Assembly (NCBI GenBank): GCA_034670345.1
Contig: JAXMNQ010000027.1
Coordinates: 12,655 to 76,654, forward strand
Reading direction: 5' to 3'
From: Paracoccaceae bacterium
GTDB lineage: Bacteria; Pseudomonadota; Alphaproteobacteria; Rhodobacterales; Rhodobacteraceae
Length of the DNA stretch: 64,000 nucleotides
How positions within the stretch are numbered: the first letter of the stretch is position 1; the number at the start of each line of letters is the position of its first letter. Below are positions 55,643 to 64,000 of this stretch, in pieces. The notes under the pieces are model-generated. The model saw nothing but the letters and a program-made list of their open reading frames with translations, did not search any database and was not told where the DNA came from. The translations under genes were made by a program, and so were the position numbers.

Positions 55643-56506
55643 TCAGGGGGCGATCGATTGTTCCAATGATTGCAGGTGGTCGGGCAGGGAGCGGGCGGTG
55701 ATGCTGGCCTCTTTAACGAGGTGGTCGAAGTGCTGGGTGATGGCGGTGACCCTTTGGGTGTCGCGGAAGGCAAGGTAGTTGCGACCAAGGTAGAGCACCG
55801 CCAGCAAGGGGCCGAACACTGTGACCGGCGCCGAGTAGAGCCTGCGGGCATCGAAGAGGTACATCCGCAAGCGGGGATAGAGCGACTCTGACAGGTCGGC
55901 CAGTTGCGCAAGTTGCGTGCGGCGTTCCTGATCGGGCAGGCCGGTGTAATACCCGCTGCCAGCGGCGAAGCTGGCAACCTCATGCAGTGGCAGCGCGATT
56001 TCGTAGTCCGATTGGGACCGGCGCATCCAGGCCAGCCGGTCCTCGGAGGCATTGATTGCCTGTTGCGTCGTCTTCCCGAGATGCGGTGAGTATTCCCATT
56101 CCAGCACGGCGCGCGTCTTGAACATGTCGGGCATGCCGGTGGGAACATGCCGGATCTTGTAGCCTTCGGCCTCGCGGTGCCACTGGTAGATCTGCTCATC
56201 GACCAGCGCGCGGGGGGCTTCGGTCAGGGTCATCGAGGTGGCCAGCAGGTCCGCCGCGCTTTCGGGCCGTTTGGAAAGGCCCAGCAGCCAGTCCGTCGAG
56301 ACCCCAAGTGCCTGTGCGCAGGCGCCGACCAGATGGGCGTTCGGCAGGCGCGCGCCCTGATCCTTCAACAATTGCGAGATGGTGGAACGATCAACGCCGA
56401 TGGCCCGCGCCAAAGCGGTTTGATTCGATTGGGCGCGCTGCATCGCCTCTGTCAGCCGGGTGCGCAGCAGGGCGGCACGCCGACGTTTGTCGATGATTTC
56501 CGTCAT
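55643..56506 (-). CDS. XRE-family HTH transcriptional regulator with a large C-terminal domain
   Basis: NQTALARAIGVDRSTISQLL..LGVSTDWLLGL. Confidence 0.85.
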   Translation of the reverse strand: MTEIIDKRRRAALLRTRLTEAMQRAQSNQTALARAIGVDRSTISQLLKDQGARLPNAHLVGACAQALGVSTDWLLGLSKRPESAADLLATSMTLTEAPRALVDEQIYQWHREAEGYKIRHVPTGMPDMFKTRAVLEWEYSPHLGKTTQQAINASEDRLAWMRRSQSDYEIALPLHEVASFAAGSGYYTGLPDQERRTQLAQLADLSESLYPRLRMYLFDARRLYSAPVTVFGPLLAVLYLGRNYLAFRDTQRVTAITQHFDHLVKEASITARSLPDHLQSLEQSIAP

Positions 56507-56509
56507 ATG

Positions 56510-56523
56510 GTGATTTTTATCAC
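56510..56523. promoter_or_regulatory. Palindrome GTGAT-N4-ATCAC, candidate operator
   Basis: Perfect 5+5 bp inverted repeat directly upstream of the XRE start, in the divergent promoter region. Confidence 0.4.
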
Positions 56524-56612
56524 GACTGCCGAGAATTGTGAACCAGACACAGAATATCCGCGCGTTCACGGTGCCGTTACCCTCGCCGCAGGTTCAACGA
56601 AATGGAGGATTC

Positions 56613-56816
56613 ATGGAAACGCGTGCGCGGACATTGGTGAAGTCGGTCCTGTGGACACTCCTGGGGCTGGTGGTCATGGCAGGTGTCGGTTTTGCCTTTA
56701 CCGGATCGCTGGCGGTGGGCAGCGGCATGGCGGCGATCAACGCGGTACTGGGGTTTCTGACCTATCTTTTCTATGAGCGGCTCTGGGCCGGGATCCGCTG
56801 GGGCCGGCATGGTTGA
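56613..56816 (+). CDS. DUF2061 small membrane protein
   Basis: GGAGG RBS; METRARTLVKSVLW..YERLWAGIRWG. Confidence 0.85.
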   Translation: METRARTLVKSVLWTLLGLVVMAGVGFAFTGSLAVGSGMAAINAVLGFLTYLFYERLWAGIRWGRHG

Positions 56817-57708
56817 GCGGTTGCGCGGATTGGAATGGCCGACGCTGGCCCTGCTGGCGGTCTGCTACGCGCTTTGGGCGATGGGCACCACTTGGGCGGC
56901 GGCGCTGTGGCTGCCCCTCGGCATGGGGCTGGTTTTGATCGGCGCGGCGCTGCATTCCTCATTGACGCACGAGATGCTGCACGGACATCCGTTCCGGTCC
57001 CGGTTCTGGAACGGGGCGCTGGTGTTTCCGGCGCTGTCGCTGGTGGTGCCTTACCTGCGGTTCAAGGACACGCATCTGGCGCATCACCGGGATTCGATCC
57101 TGACGGATCCCTATGACGATCCGGAAAGCAATTTCATGGATCCGGCGGCCTGGGCGCGGTTGCCGCGCTGGGCACGCAGGGGCTTGCGGGTGCACAATAC
57201 GCTGGCGGGGCGGATGCTGCTGGGGCCGGTGATCGGCACGCTGGGATTTGTGATGACGGATCTGCGGGCGGCGCTGAGCGGGGACCGGCGCGTGATGCTG
57301 GGGTGGGCGCTGCATGCGCCGGCGGTGCTCTTGGTGGTCTGGTGGGTGATCCGGGTGGGGCAGATGCCGGTCTGGGCCTGGCTGGTCAGCAGCTACATGG
57401 CCCTGTCCGTGCTGAAGATCCGGACCTTTCTGGAGCATCGCGCCCATGAGGCGGCGCAGGCGCGCACGGTGATCATCGAGGACCGCGGGCCGCTGGCGGT
57501 GATCTTTCTGAACAACAATCTGCACGTGGTGCATCACATGCACGCCATGGTGCCGTGGTATCGCCTGCCCGCGCTGTACCGGCAGAACCGCGACCGGTAT
57601 CTGAGCCGCAACGGCGGGTATCTTTACCGGTCTTATGCGGAGGTGTTCCGGCGCTACTTTCTGCGCACCAAGGATCCCGTGCCGCATCCGCATTATCCGC
57701 AGGTCTGA
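56809..57708 (+). CDS. Membrane fatty-acid-desaturase-family di-iron protein
   Basis: His boxes HEMLH, HLAHH and HVVHH, plus FLEH. Alternative start at 56773. Confidence 0.88.
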   Translation: MVERLRGLEWPTLALLAVCYALWAMGTTWAAALWLPLGMGLVLIGAALHSSLTHEMLHGHPFRSRFWNGALVFPALSLVVPYLRFKDTHLAHHRDSILTDPYDDPESNFMDPAAWARLPRWARRGLRVHNTLAGRMLLGPVIGTLGFVMTDLRAALSGDRRVMLGWALHAPAVLLVVWWVIRVGQMPVWAWLVSSYMALSVLKIRTFLEHRAHEAAQARTVIIEDRGPLAVIFLNNNLHVVHHMHAMVPWYRLPALYRQNRDRYLSRNGGYLYRSYAEVFRRYFLRTKDPVPHPHYPQV

Positions 57709-57719
57709 GGGGGGCGCGC

Positions 57720-57787
57720 CCATCCCGGGCTTGACCCGGGATCTCTGGCCTGGTTCGGAGGAGGTCCCGGATCTGGTCCGGGGCTGG
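57720..57787. repeat. Bipartite palindromic element (BIME/RPE-like)
   Basis: ATCCCGGGCTTGACCCGGGAT followed by the inverted degenerate copy TCCCGGATCTGGTCCGGGG. Confidence 0.7.
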
Positions 57788-57870
57788 TCACGTCAGGGGC
57801 TGCCGATGCCCCACGGTCCGAACCGGCGAAGCAGGCTTGAACATGACGCGCCCCTGTCGCAAAGGACGGC

Positions 57871-58770
57871 ATGGATCTCTGGATAATCGCCACGCTCGCT
57901 GCCGCCACCGTTCAGACGGTGCGGTTCATGCTGCACAAGGTGCTTTCAGGTGGCGCGATCAGCGCCACGGGCAGCACCTTTGCGCGCTTTGCCTATGCCG
58001 CGCCCGCGGCGGCGGTGGTTCTGACGGTGTACCTGTGGGCAACGGGTGCTGTGCTGCCGCAATTGGGGCCTGCGTTCCTGGGCTGGGCACTGGTCGGCGG
58101 GCTGGGGCAGATCCTGGCGACGGTGCTGGTGGTGCTGACCTTTCGCGAGCGCAATTTCGCGGTGGGCATCACCTTCAAGAAGACCGAGGTGATCCAGACC
58201 GCGTTGATGGGTCTGGTCCTTCTGGGCGAGGCGATCTCGCTCTGGGGCTGGGTGGCGATCGGGATCGGGCTGATCGGGGTTCTGATGCTGTCAAAGACGC
58301 CGGATGCGGTTGGGCTGTGGCGCGGATTGCGGAGCAAGGCGGTGCTGCTGGGCGTCGGGTCAGGGTTTTTCTTTGCCATCGCCGGGGTGGGGTATCGCGC
58401 AACCACGCTGGCGGTGCCGAGCGAAGACCCGCTGCTGCGGGCATCGGTGTCGCTGGCCTGTGTGACGCTTTTGCAGGCGAGTGGGATGGCCGTCTGGCTG
58501 CGCTGGCGCGAACCGGGGCAGTTGCGCGCGGTCTGGGCGGCGCGGCGGAAGGCGGTCTGGCTGGGGTTGACCTCCATGATGGGAACGATGGGGTGGTTCA
58601 CCGCCTTCACGCTGCAAAAGGCGGCCTATGTCTATGCGCTGGGGCAGGTGGAACTGATCCTGTCGCTGGCGGCCTCGGTCCTGTTTTTCCGGGAAAAGGT
58701 GACGGCGCGGGAAGTGACAGGGATCGGCGTGCTTACGGTGTCGATCGTGGTGCTGGTTCTGGTTCTGTGA
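57871..58770 (+). CDS. DMT/EamA-family transporter
   Basis: 10-TM pattern; RNFAVGITFKKTE, LGQVEL..FFREK. Confidence 0.85.
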   Translation: MDLWIIATLAAATVQTVRFMLHKVLSGGAISATGSTFARFAYAAPAAAVVLTVYLWATGAVLPQLGPAFLGWALVGGLGQILATVLVVLTFRERNFAVGITFKKTEVIQTALMGLVLLGEAISLWGWVAIGIGLIGVLMLSKTPDAVGLWRGLRSKAVLLGVGSGFFFAIAGVGYRATTLAVPSEDPLLRASVSLACVTLLQASGMAVWLRWREPGQLRAVWAARRKAVWLGLTSMMGTMGWFTAFTLQKAAYVYALGQVELILSLAASVLFFREKVTAREVTGIGVLTVSIVVLVLVL

Positions 58771-59602
58771 CGCGCAGCGGTTGCGGCGAGAGTGCGTCGC
58801 GCAGAACGAGAGTGACAGTGGTGAAGCTGACGTAGAGCAGCAGGTACCATGAGCCCATCTTGGACAGGTGGACGAGGTCCAGCGTGCTTTGCCCCTTGTA
58901 GAGCCATGTGTTGGTATTGGTGCCCACGTTCTCGGCGATCCAGAGGAAGATCGAGGTGAGGAAGGCCGCAACCGGCAGCGGCATCCAGCGGCGGGTTCGG
59001 TTGAGGGTGAACCAGACGCGGGTGCGCAGGAACAGCAGCAGGGTGGCGGCCATCAGGACATACCGCGCATCGGGCAGGTAGTGATGGGCGAAGAAGTTCA
59101 CGTAGATCGCCACCGCAAGGACCACTGTGGTCCAGAACGGCGGGTAAGGGGCGAATTTCATGTCGAAGATGCGGATGACCCGGGCCATGTAGCTGCCGAC
59201 GGCCGCGTACATGAAGCCTGAGAACAATGGGACGCCATAGAGTTTCAGCAAGGCGGGTTCGGGGTAGGCCCAGCTGCCGGCGTTCACCTTGAACAGTTCC
59301 ATCGCGGTGCCGGTCAGGTGGAACAGCAAGATGACCTTTGCCTCTTTCAGCGTTTCGAGCCGGAAGATCAGGAAGCCTGCTTGCAGGGACAGCGCGTAGA
59401 GGAAAAGCAGGTCATAGCGCGCGAGCGGAGCGTCGTCGGGCCAGAAACGGTCTGTCACCAGAAGGCCGCCCAGCATGAGGAAACCGAACAGGCAGGCCCA
59501 GCCCTGTTTGAGGACGAACATCGACAGGTCGGCGAGACCCCGGGGCAGGTGGGAACGCGTGTAATCGCCAAGCGCGCGTTCGAGGCGGCGGGTATTTTTC
59601 AT
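58733..59602 (-). CDS. DUF817 membrane protein
   Basis: KQGWACLFG, RYD, FHLTGTAMELFK, GVPLFSGFMY, WIAEN, KMGSW. Convergent 38-bp overlap with the DMT gene. Confidence 0.85.
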   Translation of the reverse strand: MKNTRRLERALGDYTRSHLPRGLADLSMFVLKQGWACLFGFLMLGGLLVTDRFWPDDAPLARYDLLFLYALSLQAGFLIFRLETLKEAKVILLFHLTGTAMELFKVNAGSWAYPEPALLKLYGVPLFSGFMYAAVGSYMARVIRIFDMKFAPYPPFWTTVVLAVAIYVNFFAHHYLPDARYVLMAATLLLFLRTRVWFTLNRTRRWMPLPVAAFLTSIFLWIAENVGTNTNTWLYKGQSTLDLVHLSKMGSWYLLLYVSFTTVTLVLRDALSPQPLRVTEPEPAPRSTP

Positions 59603-59671
59603 GGCGTCCTTGTGGCGTGGCAAGTGGGACGGTGCCAGTCAGGGATGCCTGACCTTCTGGCGGGCCGGGCA

Positions 59672-59734
59672 GGGGGCTCTGCCCCCGTCTCCTTGCGGTC
59701 GACTCCCCCGAGGGTATTTGGAAAACCAAAGAAG
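59672..59734. repeat. REP-like palindromic element, family A copy 2
   Basis: GGGGGCTCTGCCCCC..TGCGG..TCCCCCGAGGGTATTTGGAAAACC..AAGAA, matching 41141-41204. Confidence 0.7.
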
Positions 59735-59751
59735 CGGGGGTGTCTTTCCCC

Positions 59752-60159
59752 TCAGCTGTCGCGCGGACCGTTGTAATCCGTGTCGGAGACCTGTTCCATC
59801 CAGTCGGCGGCGCTGCCGTCCTGTTGTTCCTGAATGGCGAGGTGGGACATGGCCACATCCGGGGCGGCGCCGTGCCAGTGGCGTTCGCCGGGGTCGAACC
59901 AGACCGTGTCGCCGGGGCGCAGTTCCATGACCGGGTCGCCGTCGCGCTGGGCAAGGCAGAGACCGGAGAGGATGCGCAGGGTCTGGCCCAGCGGATGGGT
60001 GTGCCATGCGGTGCGTGCGCCCGGCTCGAAGGTGACGATCAGGGCATTGACGCGGGCGGGCGCGGGGGCGGAAATCACCGGATCGAAGCGGACCGTGCCG
60101 GTGAAATAATCTGGATTCGGTCTGGCCGAGGGGATGGTTCCGGCGCGGGTGATTTGCAT
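59752..60159 (-). CDS. Cupin domain protein
   Basis: [37 protein letters not shown]. Confidence 0.9.
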   Translation of the reverse strand: MQITRAGTIPSARPNPDYFTGTVRFDPVISAPAPARVNALIVTFEPGARTAWHTHPLGQTLRILSGLCLAQRDGDPVMELRPGDTVWFDPGERHWHGAAPDVAMSHLAIQEQQDGSAADWMEQVSDTDYNGPRDS

Positions 60160-60259
60160 GGGGTGTCCTTTCCTGCTGATCGTAACCTAGCGGAATGCGC
60201 CGCTTGTGAAAGCGTCCGACTGCGTGTTGGTCATGAACGACGTTCAAGTGGGGGCGGCG

Positions 60260-60837
60260 ATGGCCGGAAAGGTGGCCGAGTGCAAGGCGGTGCTGCGGGA
60301 GAAACTGGTGGCGCTGGCCGAGGTGCGGGTTGCCGAGGAGGATCTGCGCGGGCTGAAGGCGCGTGATCTGGCCCGAGAGGCGGGCTATGCGCTGGGCGCG
60401 GTCTAAAGTCATTTCGACGTTCTGAATGCGCTGGTGTTGGACGTGAACGGCCGGACCTTTCGCAAGTTGGCGGTCACTGTCGCCGCTGCGCGCGATCCTG
60501 ATGGACAGGACCCGCGGACGCGGCTGACGGCGATGGCGTTGGCCCACATGCACTTTGCGGCGGAGAACTATCACCTCTGACGCGCACTGTTCGATGTCGA
60601 GATGCCGGCCCAAGGTCCGGTGCCGCAATGTGATCTTGAGGCGCCGGGCCAACTGTTTCCCTTACCGCCGAGCCAGTGGCGGATCTGTTTCCCGATAATG
60701 GTGCGCGGGAGTTGGACATGATGGTGCGGACTCTGTTTCCTTCTGTGCATGGAATCGTTCTGTTGGAGCTGCAGCATCGCATCTCTGCTGTGCCGGTCGC
60801 ACAGATCGAGTGGATGATCGCCCTGATCCTGAGCTAG
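60260..60837 (+). pseudogene. TetR-family (WHG-type) regulator pseudogene
   Basis: HTH ARDLAREAGYALGAV is interrupted by TAA at 60404. The same frame continues SHFDVLNALVLDVNGRT.. to TGA at 60578. A frameshift near 60660 leads to RTLFPSVHGIVLL and TAG at 60835. Confidence 0.85.
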
Positions 60838-60864
60838 GCAGGGAACACCCGAATTTCCTGAACG

Positions 60865-61110
60865 ATGTTCATCAACTTTGCCGGTGTGGCCGTGGCCTAC
60901 GGCCTGCTTGGCGTGTCGCTGTGGCTGAGCTCCGAGGTTCCGCTGGCGACCAAGGAGTTCTGTGCGATGGGCAACCTGATGCTGACCATCAGCCTGATCA
61001 ACGTGGTCAAAGACCAGTTTGATCTCCGCCTGTCCGAGGACCGCTTGCGCCGGATCGAGGATGCACGAAACGAAAAGTTTCTGGAAGAGGCGCAGCGCGA
61101 ACACGAGTGA
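60865..61110 (+). CDS. Small two-helix membrane protein (YiaAB-like), possibly degenerate
   Basis: Two hydrophobic helices and C-terminal RIEDARNEKFLEE; directly follows the TetR pseudogene. Confidence 0.5.
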   Translation: MFINFAGVAVAYGLLGVSLWLSSEVPLATKEFCAMGNLMLTISLINVVKDQFDLRLSEDRLRRIEDARNEKFLEEAQREHE

Positions 61111-61183
61111 GATTGACCAGTAATACTAGAAACCGGACTGCAAGAGCGGCCCGGTGTTTGCCTGTCGCGGCCAAGGGTGGCGA

Positions 61184-61717
61184 TCAGGCAAAGCGCTCCA
61201 GGTGGCGCGGCGGAACGGCACCGGTCAGCCAGACGCCGTTTTCCGAGCGGTAGAAGTTGAGCCCTTCGGCCTGCATTGCGCCGCTGGCGATCAACAGGAT
61301 CACCGGTTTGCCGTGACGCATGCCAACTTTGCGCGCGGTTTCCGCATCGGGCGACAGGTGGACATGGTTGCGCGTCATCGGGCGCAGACCGTCGCTGAGG
61401 ATCGCGGGAAGCGTGGTTTCGGCGGTGCCATGATAAAGCGTTTCCGGCGGAGGCAGGGAGATCAGGCCAAGGTCGACCGGGAAAGAGTGGCCCTGATTGG
61501 CGCGGATACGGGTGCCGTCGGGGGAGAGGGCAAATCGTTGCTTGTCCGAAGCGATGACAACCGCGCTGACATGCTCTGTCGTCAGGGGCATCGGCGCGCG
61601 CGCGATCAGATCGTCGATACTGGCCCAGCCGCCTGCATCCAGTGTCAGGCCAATCTCTTGCGGCGCGTGGCGCAGTACGAGACTGAGAAATTTCGATATG
61701 TCGCGGTCCTTGGCCAT
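61184..61717 (-). CDS. kptA: RNA 2'-phosphotransferase (KptA/Tpt1)
   Basis: SKFLSLVLRH, KQRF, IRANQGHS, LYHGT, RNHVHLS, NGVWL. Confidence 0.93.
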   Translation of the reverse strand: MAKDRDISKFLSLVLRHAPQEIGLTLDAGGWASIDDLIARAPMPLTTEHVSAVVIASDKQRFALSPDGTRIRANQGHSFPVDLGLISLPPPETLYHGTAETTLPAILSDGLRPMTRNHVHLSPDAETARKVGMRHGKPVILLIASGAMQAEGLNFYRSENGVWLTGAVPPRHLERFA

Positions 61718-61771
61718 GATGTGCGGTATGGTGGGGACCGGCTGGAAAGTCGATTGCGGGAATCCCGACCT

Positions 61772-62902
61772 TCAACGCGGCAGCGGTGTCGCGCCCTTGT
61801 TGTAGGGGGTCCAGTCCTGAATGTCGGGGTAATAGCGTCTGCGCCAGTCGCGGACGCGCGGGTTCATCACCTTTTTCCACACCGGCGGCACCATAGCGGC
61901 CATTGTCATGATCGGATAGCCGTAGGGCAATTGCGGCGCGTCGTCCTGAGAATGGTTCTGCAACAGGGGAAAGCGACGGTCGGGTTTGTAGTGGTGGTCC
62001 GAATGGCGCTGAAGGTTGATCAGCAGCCAGTTGGACGCCTTGTGCGCGGCGTTCCACGAATGGCGGGGCAGGACGTGTTCGTATTTGCCCTCGCCCAGAT
62101 GGCGGCGGGTCAGGCCGTAGTGCTCGACGTAGTTCACCATTTCAAGTTGCCAGACCGCGACCCCGGCCTGTACGAGGAAAAGCAGCAGGCCAGTGCTGCT
62201 GCCAAGCGCAAAGGCGAGCGCCAGCATCAGCAGTTGCAGCCCCCAGTAGCGCCAGAACGGGTTCGACAGGTGGTGCCAGGGCAGGCCCTTGCGTGCCAGC
62301 ATGGCCTTTTCGGCGGCAAAGCTGCTGAGCAGGCTTTCGCGCAATACGCGCGGGTAGAAGCGGTGAAACCCTTCGTTATAGCGCGCGGTCACCGGATCGC
62401 GCGGGGTGCCGACATAGCGATGATGCACCAGCAGGTGCTCAGAGCGGAAATGCGAGTAGAGCGCCATGGCCAGCAGCAGATCGCCAAGGAAGCGTTCGAT
62501 GCGGTTTTTCTGGTGCATCAACTCGTGGCTGTAATTAATGCCCACGGTCCCAGTCATGACGCCGACGCCGAAGAAGATGCCGAATTTTTCCAGCCCGGAG
62601 AGGGGCGCCGCGCTGACGTACCAGATCAGCGCGAACAGGTTCACGAACTGCAGCGGCACCCAGGCAGCGGTGATGATCTTGTACCAGTTAAGCTGTGCGT
62701 CGGTGGTTTCGGGATCAGCGTTTTCGGTGTTCAGGCCCAGCACCGCGTCAAGCACGGAAAACAGATACCATGTGGCGGCGATGGGCAGCAGGATCCACCA
62801 ACCGCCCAGACCCGCCGCGATCCAGACCAGCGGGATCAGCAGGTAGGACAGGTAGAAAGGCAGGGCGGCGGTGGGCCGGGCCACCAATTTTGCTGGGATC
62901 AT
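61772..62902 (-). CDS. alkB: Alkane 1-monooxygenase
   Basis: HELMH, EHLLVHH, NYVEHYG, LQRHSDHH, PQLPYGY. Confidence 0.92.
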   Translation of the reverse strand: MIPAKLVARPTAALPFYLSYLLIPLVWIAAGLGGWWILLPIAATWYLFSVLDAVLGLNTENADPETTDAQLNWYKIITAAWVPLQFVNLFALIWYVSAAPLSGLEKFGIFFGVGVMTGTVGINYSHELMHQKNRIERFLGDLLLAMALYSHFRSEHLLVHHRYVGTPRDPVTARYNEGFHRFYPRVLRESLLSSFAAEKAMLARKGLPWHHLSNPFWRYWGLQLLMLALAFALGSSTGLLLFLVQAGVAVWQLEMVNYVEHYGLTRRHLGEGKYEHVLPRHSWNAAHKASNWLLINLQRHSDHHYKPDRRFPLLQNHSQDDAPQLPYGYPIMTMAAMVPPVWKKVMNPRVRDWRRRYYPDIQDWTPYNKGATPLPR

Positions 62903-62965
62903 CGCTTTGCTCCGATCTGATGCCGGTTCACTGTACTGCGGCGGCCAGCCTGAACCAAGACGCGA

Positions 62966-64000
62966 TCAACTGCCTTGCGCGAGGTCAAAGGCCTTGCGCA
63001 TCACCGTTGGCAGATCGGATGGGCGAAACTCGGGCAATTCGATGAATTCTCCGCGATGGGGCACCCGGTCCATCGGCACCAGCGCGGTCTTGACGGTCAA
63101 GCGAAGGTGAAAATGCGTGAAGGTGTGCCGTGCTTCGCCGTTCACGGTCTTCCATTCGGCGCGGATGGGCGGATCTTCGGTCGGACTGTCGCCCCAGTCC
63201 GAGCCGGGCCAGCTCAGCATGCCACCCAGCAGCCCCTTGTCAGGCCGACGCTCCAGCAGCCACGCGCCATCGACGCGGCGGGCAAGATAGGCAATGCCCA
63301 GTCGGCTGGGTTTGCGCTTTTTCGGTTCCTTCTTTGGCAACTCTGCAGCGGTGCCCTTGGCCCATGCGGCGCAGGCCCTGCGCCACGGGCAAAGACCGCA
63401 GGCCGGGCGCTTTGGCGTGCAGATCGTCGCGCCAAGGTCCATGACCGCCTGCGCGTAGCAGCCCGGTCGGTCCGCCGGTGTCAGGCGGGCGGCGTGCTCT
63501 GTCAGGATCGGCTTGGCTTTGGGAAGGGGTGTGTGTTCATCATGCACGCGCGCCATGACTCGTTCGACATTGCCATCGACCACGGTTTCGGACGCGTCAA
63601 AGGCGATGGCCGAGATCGCGGCGGCGGTATAGGGGCCGACGCCGGGCAGGGTCAGAAGGGTGGCGTGATTCGACGGAAAGGCACCGCCATGATCCTGAGT
63701 GACCACGCGGGCGCATTTCAGCAAGTTCCGCGCACGGGCGTAGTACCCAAGCCCGGCCCAAGCAGCCATGACATCCGCATCCTCGGCTGCCGCCAGTTCC
63801 TCCACGGTCGGCCAACGTGTTGTGAAGACGCGGAAATACTCCTTGACTGCGGCAACGGTGGTCTGTTGCAGCATGATCTCGGACAGCCAGATGCGATACG
63901 GGTCCGGACGGATGCCGCGGGCCAGATCCTGTGGGCTCACGCGCCACGGCAGAGCGCGGGCATGGCGGTCGTACCAGTCCAGCAACGCAGCCGCGCTGGG
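62966..64000 (-). CDS. mutY: A/G-specific adenine glycosylase; 5' end lies beyond the window
   Basis: SEIMLQQT, WAGLGYYARARN, LPGVGPYTA, VDGNVER, C-X6-C-X2-C-X5-C Fe-S motif. The frame is open to the window end. Confidence 0.96.
   Translation of the reverse strand, partial: PSAAALLDWYDRHARALPWRVSPQDLARGIRPDPYRIWLSEIMLQQTTVAAVKEYFRVFTTRWPTVEELAAAEDADVMAAWAGLGYYARARNLLKCARVVTQDHGGAFPSNHATLLTLPGVGPYTAAAISAIAFDASETVVDGNVERVMARVHDEHTPLPKAKPILTEHAARLTPADRPGCYAQAVMDLGATICTPKRPACGLCPWRRACAAWAKGTAAELPKKEPKKRKPSRLGIAYLARRVDGAWLLERRPDKGLLGGMLSWPGSDWGDSPTEDPPIRAEWKTVNGEARHTFTHFHLRLTVKTALVPMDRVPHRGEFIELPEFRPSDLPTVMRKAFDLAQGS

Noticed and set aside
58733-58770. 38-bp convergent overlap of the DMT and DUF817 genes
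   Set aside because: Short 3' overlaps are common; there is no evidence for antisense control.
1-64000. tRNA, rRNA, IS, integrase or prophage genes
   Set aside because: None was recognised by eye; tRNAscan-SE, Infernal and ISEScan would be needed to exclude them formally.

Overview
GC-rich, gene-dense 64 kb window that reads like a Rhodobacteraceae (Roseobacter-group) chromosome. This is inferred from the gene content, a GTTC-N7-GTTC LexA box and the REP-like elements. From left to right: (1) 1-9727, an accessory envelope block with two signal-peptide caspase (C14) proteins (one fused to an FGE/SUMF1 domain), an OmpA-domain protein, a small lipoprotein, a two-domain glycosyltransferase and a tandem double sulfotransferase. 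(2) 9882-26594, the best candidate for an undescribed system: a catabolic-looking locus with a LacI regulator and two matching candidate operators, a CUT1 ABC importer, five SnoaL/NTF2-like paralogues, a HisD/HpsN-type dehydrogenase paralogue, SDR, bicupin, methyltransferase, single-barrel MetE-like Zn enzyme, hydrolase and RraA/HMG aldolase. (3) 27328-33682, an incomplete gentisate route with twin palindromic operators, a pyridoxal-kinase-like gene next to a TIM-barrel/methylglyoxal-synthase fusion, and a tail-hydrophobic clan GH-A-like protein. (4) 33690-64000, mostly ordinary genes: SRAP, acyl-CoA ligase, amidase, SqrR/BigR-like regulator, pcaB/pcaD-like genes, SlyD-like PPIase, truB, cytochrome c, metG, an orphan imuA with SOS box, a desaturase, kptA, alkB, mutY, a TetR pseudogene and several palindromic repeats. 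I saw no rRNA, tRNA, CRISPR array, transposase or integrase. All functional calls come from motif recognition by eye; no database search was run.
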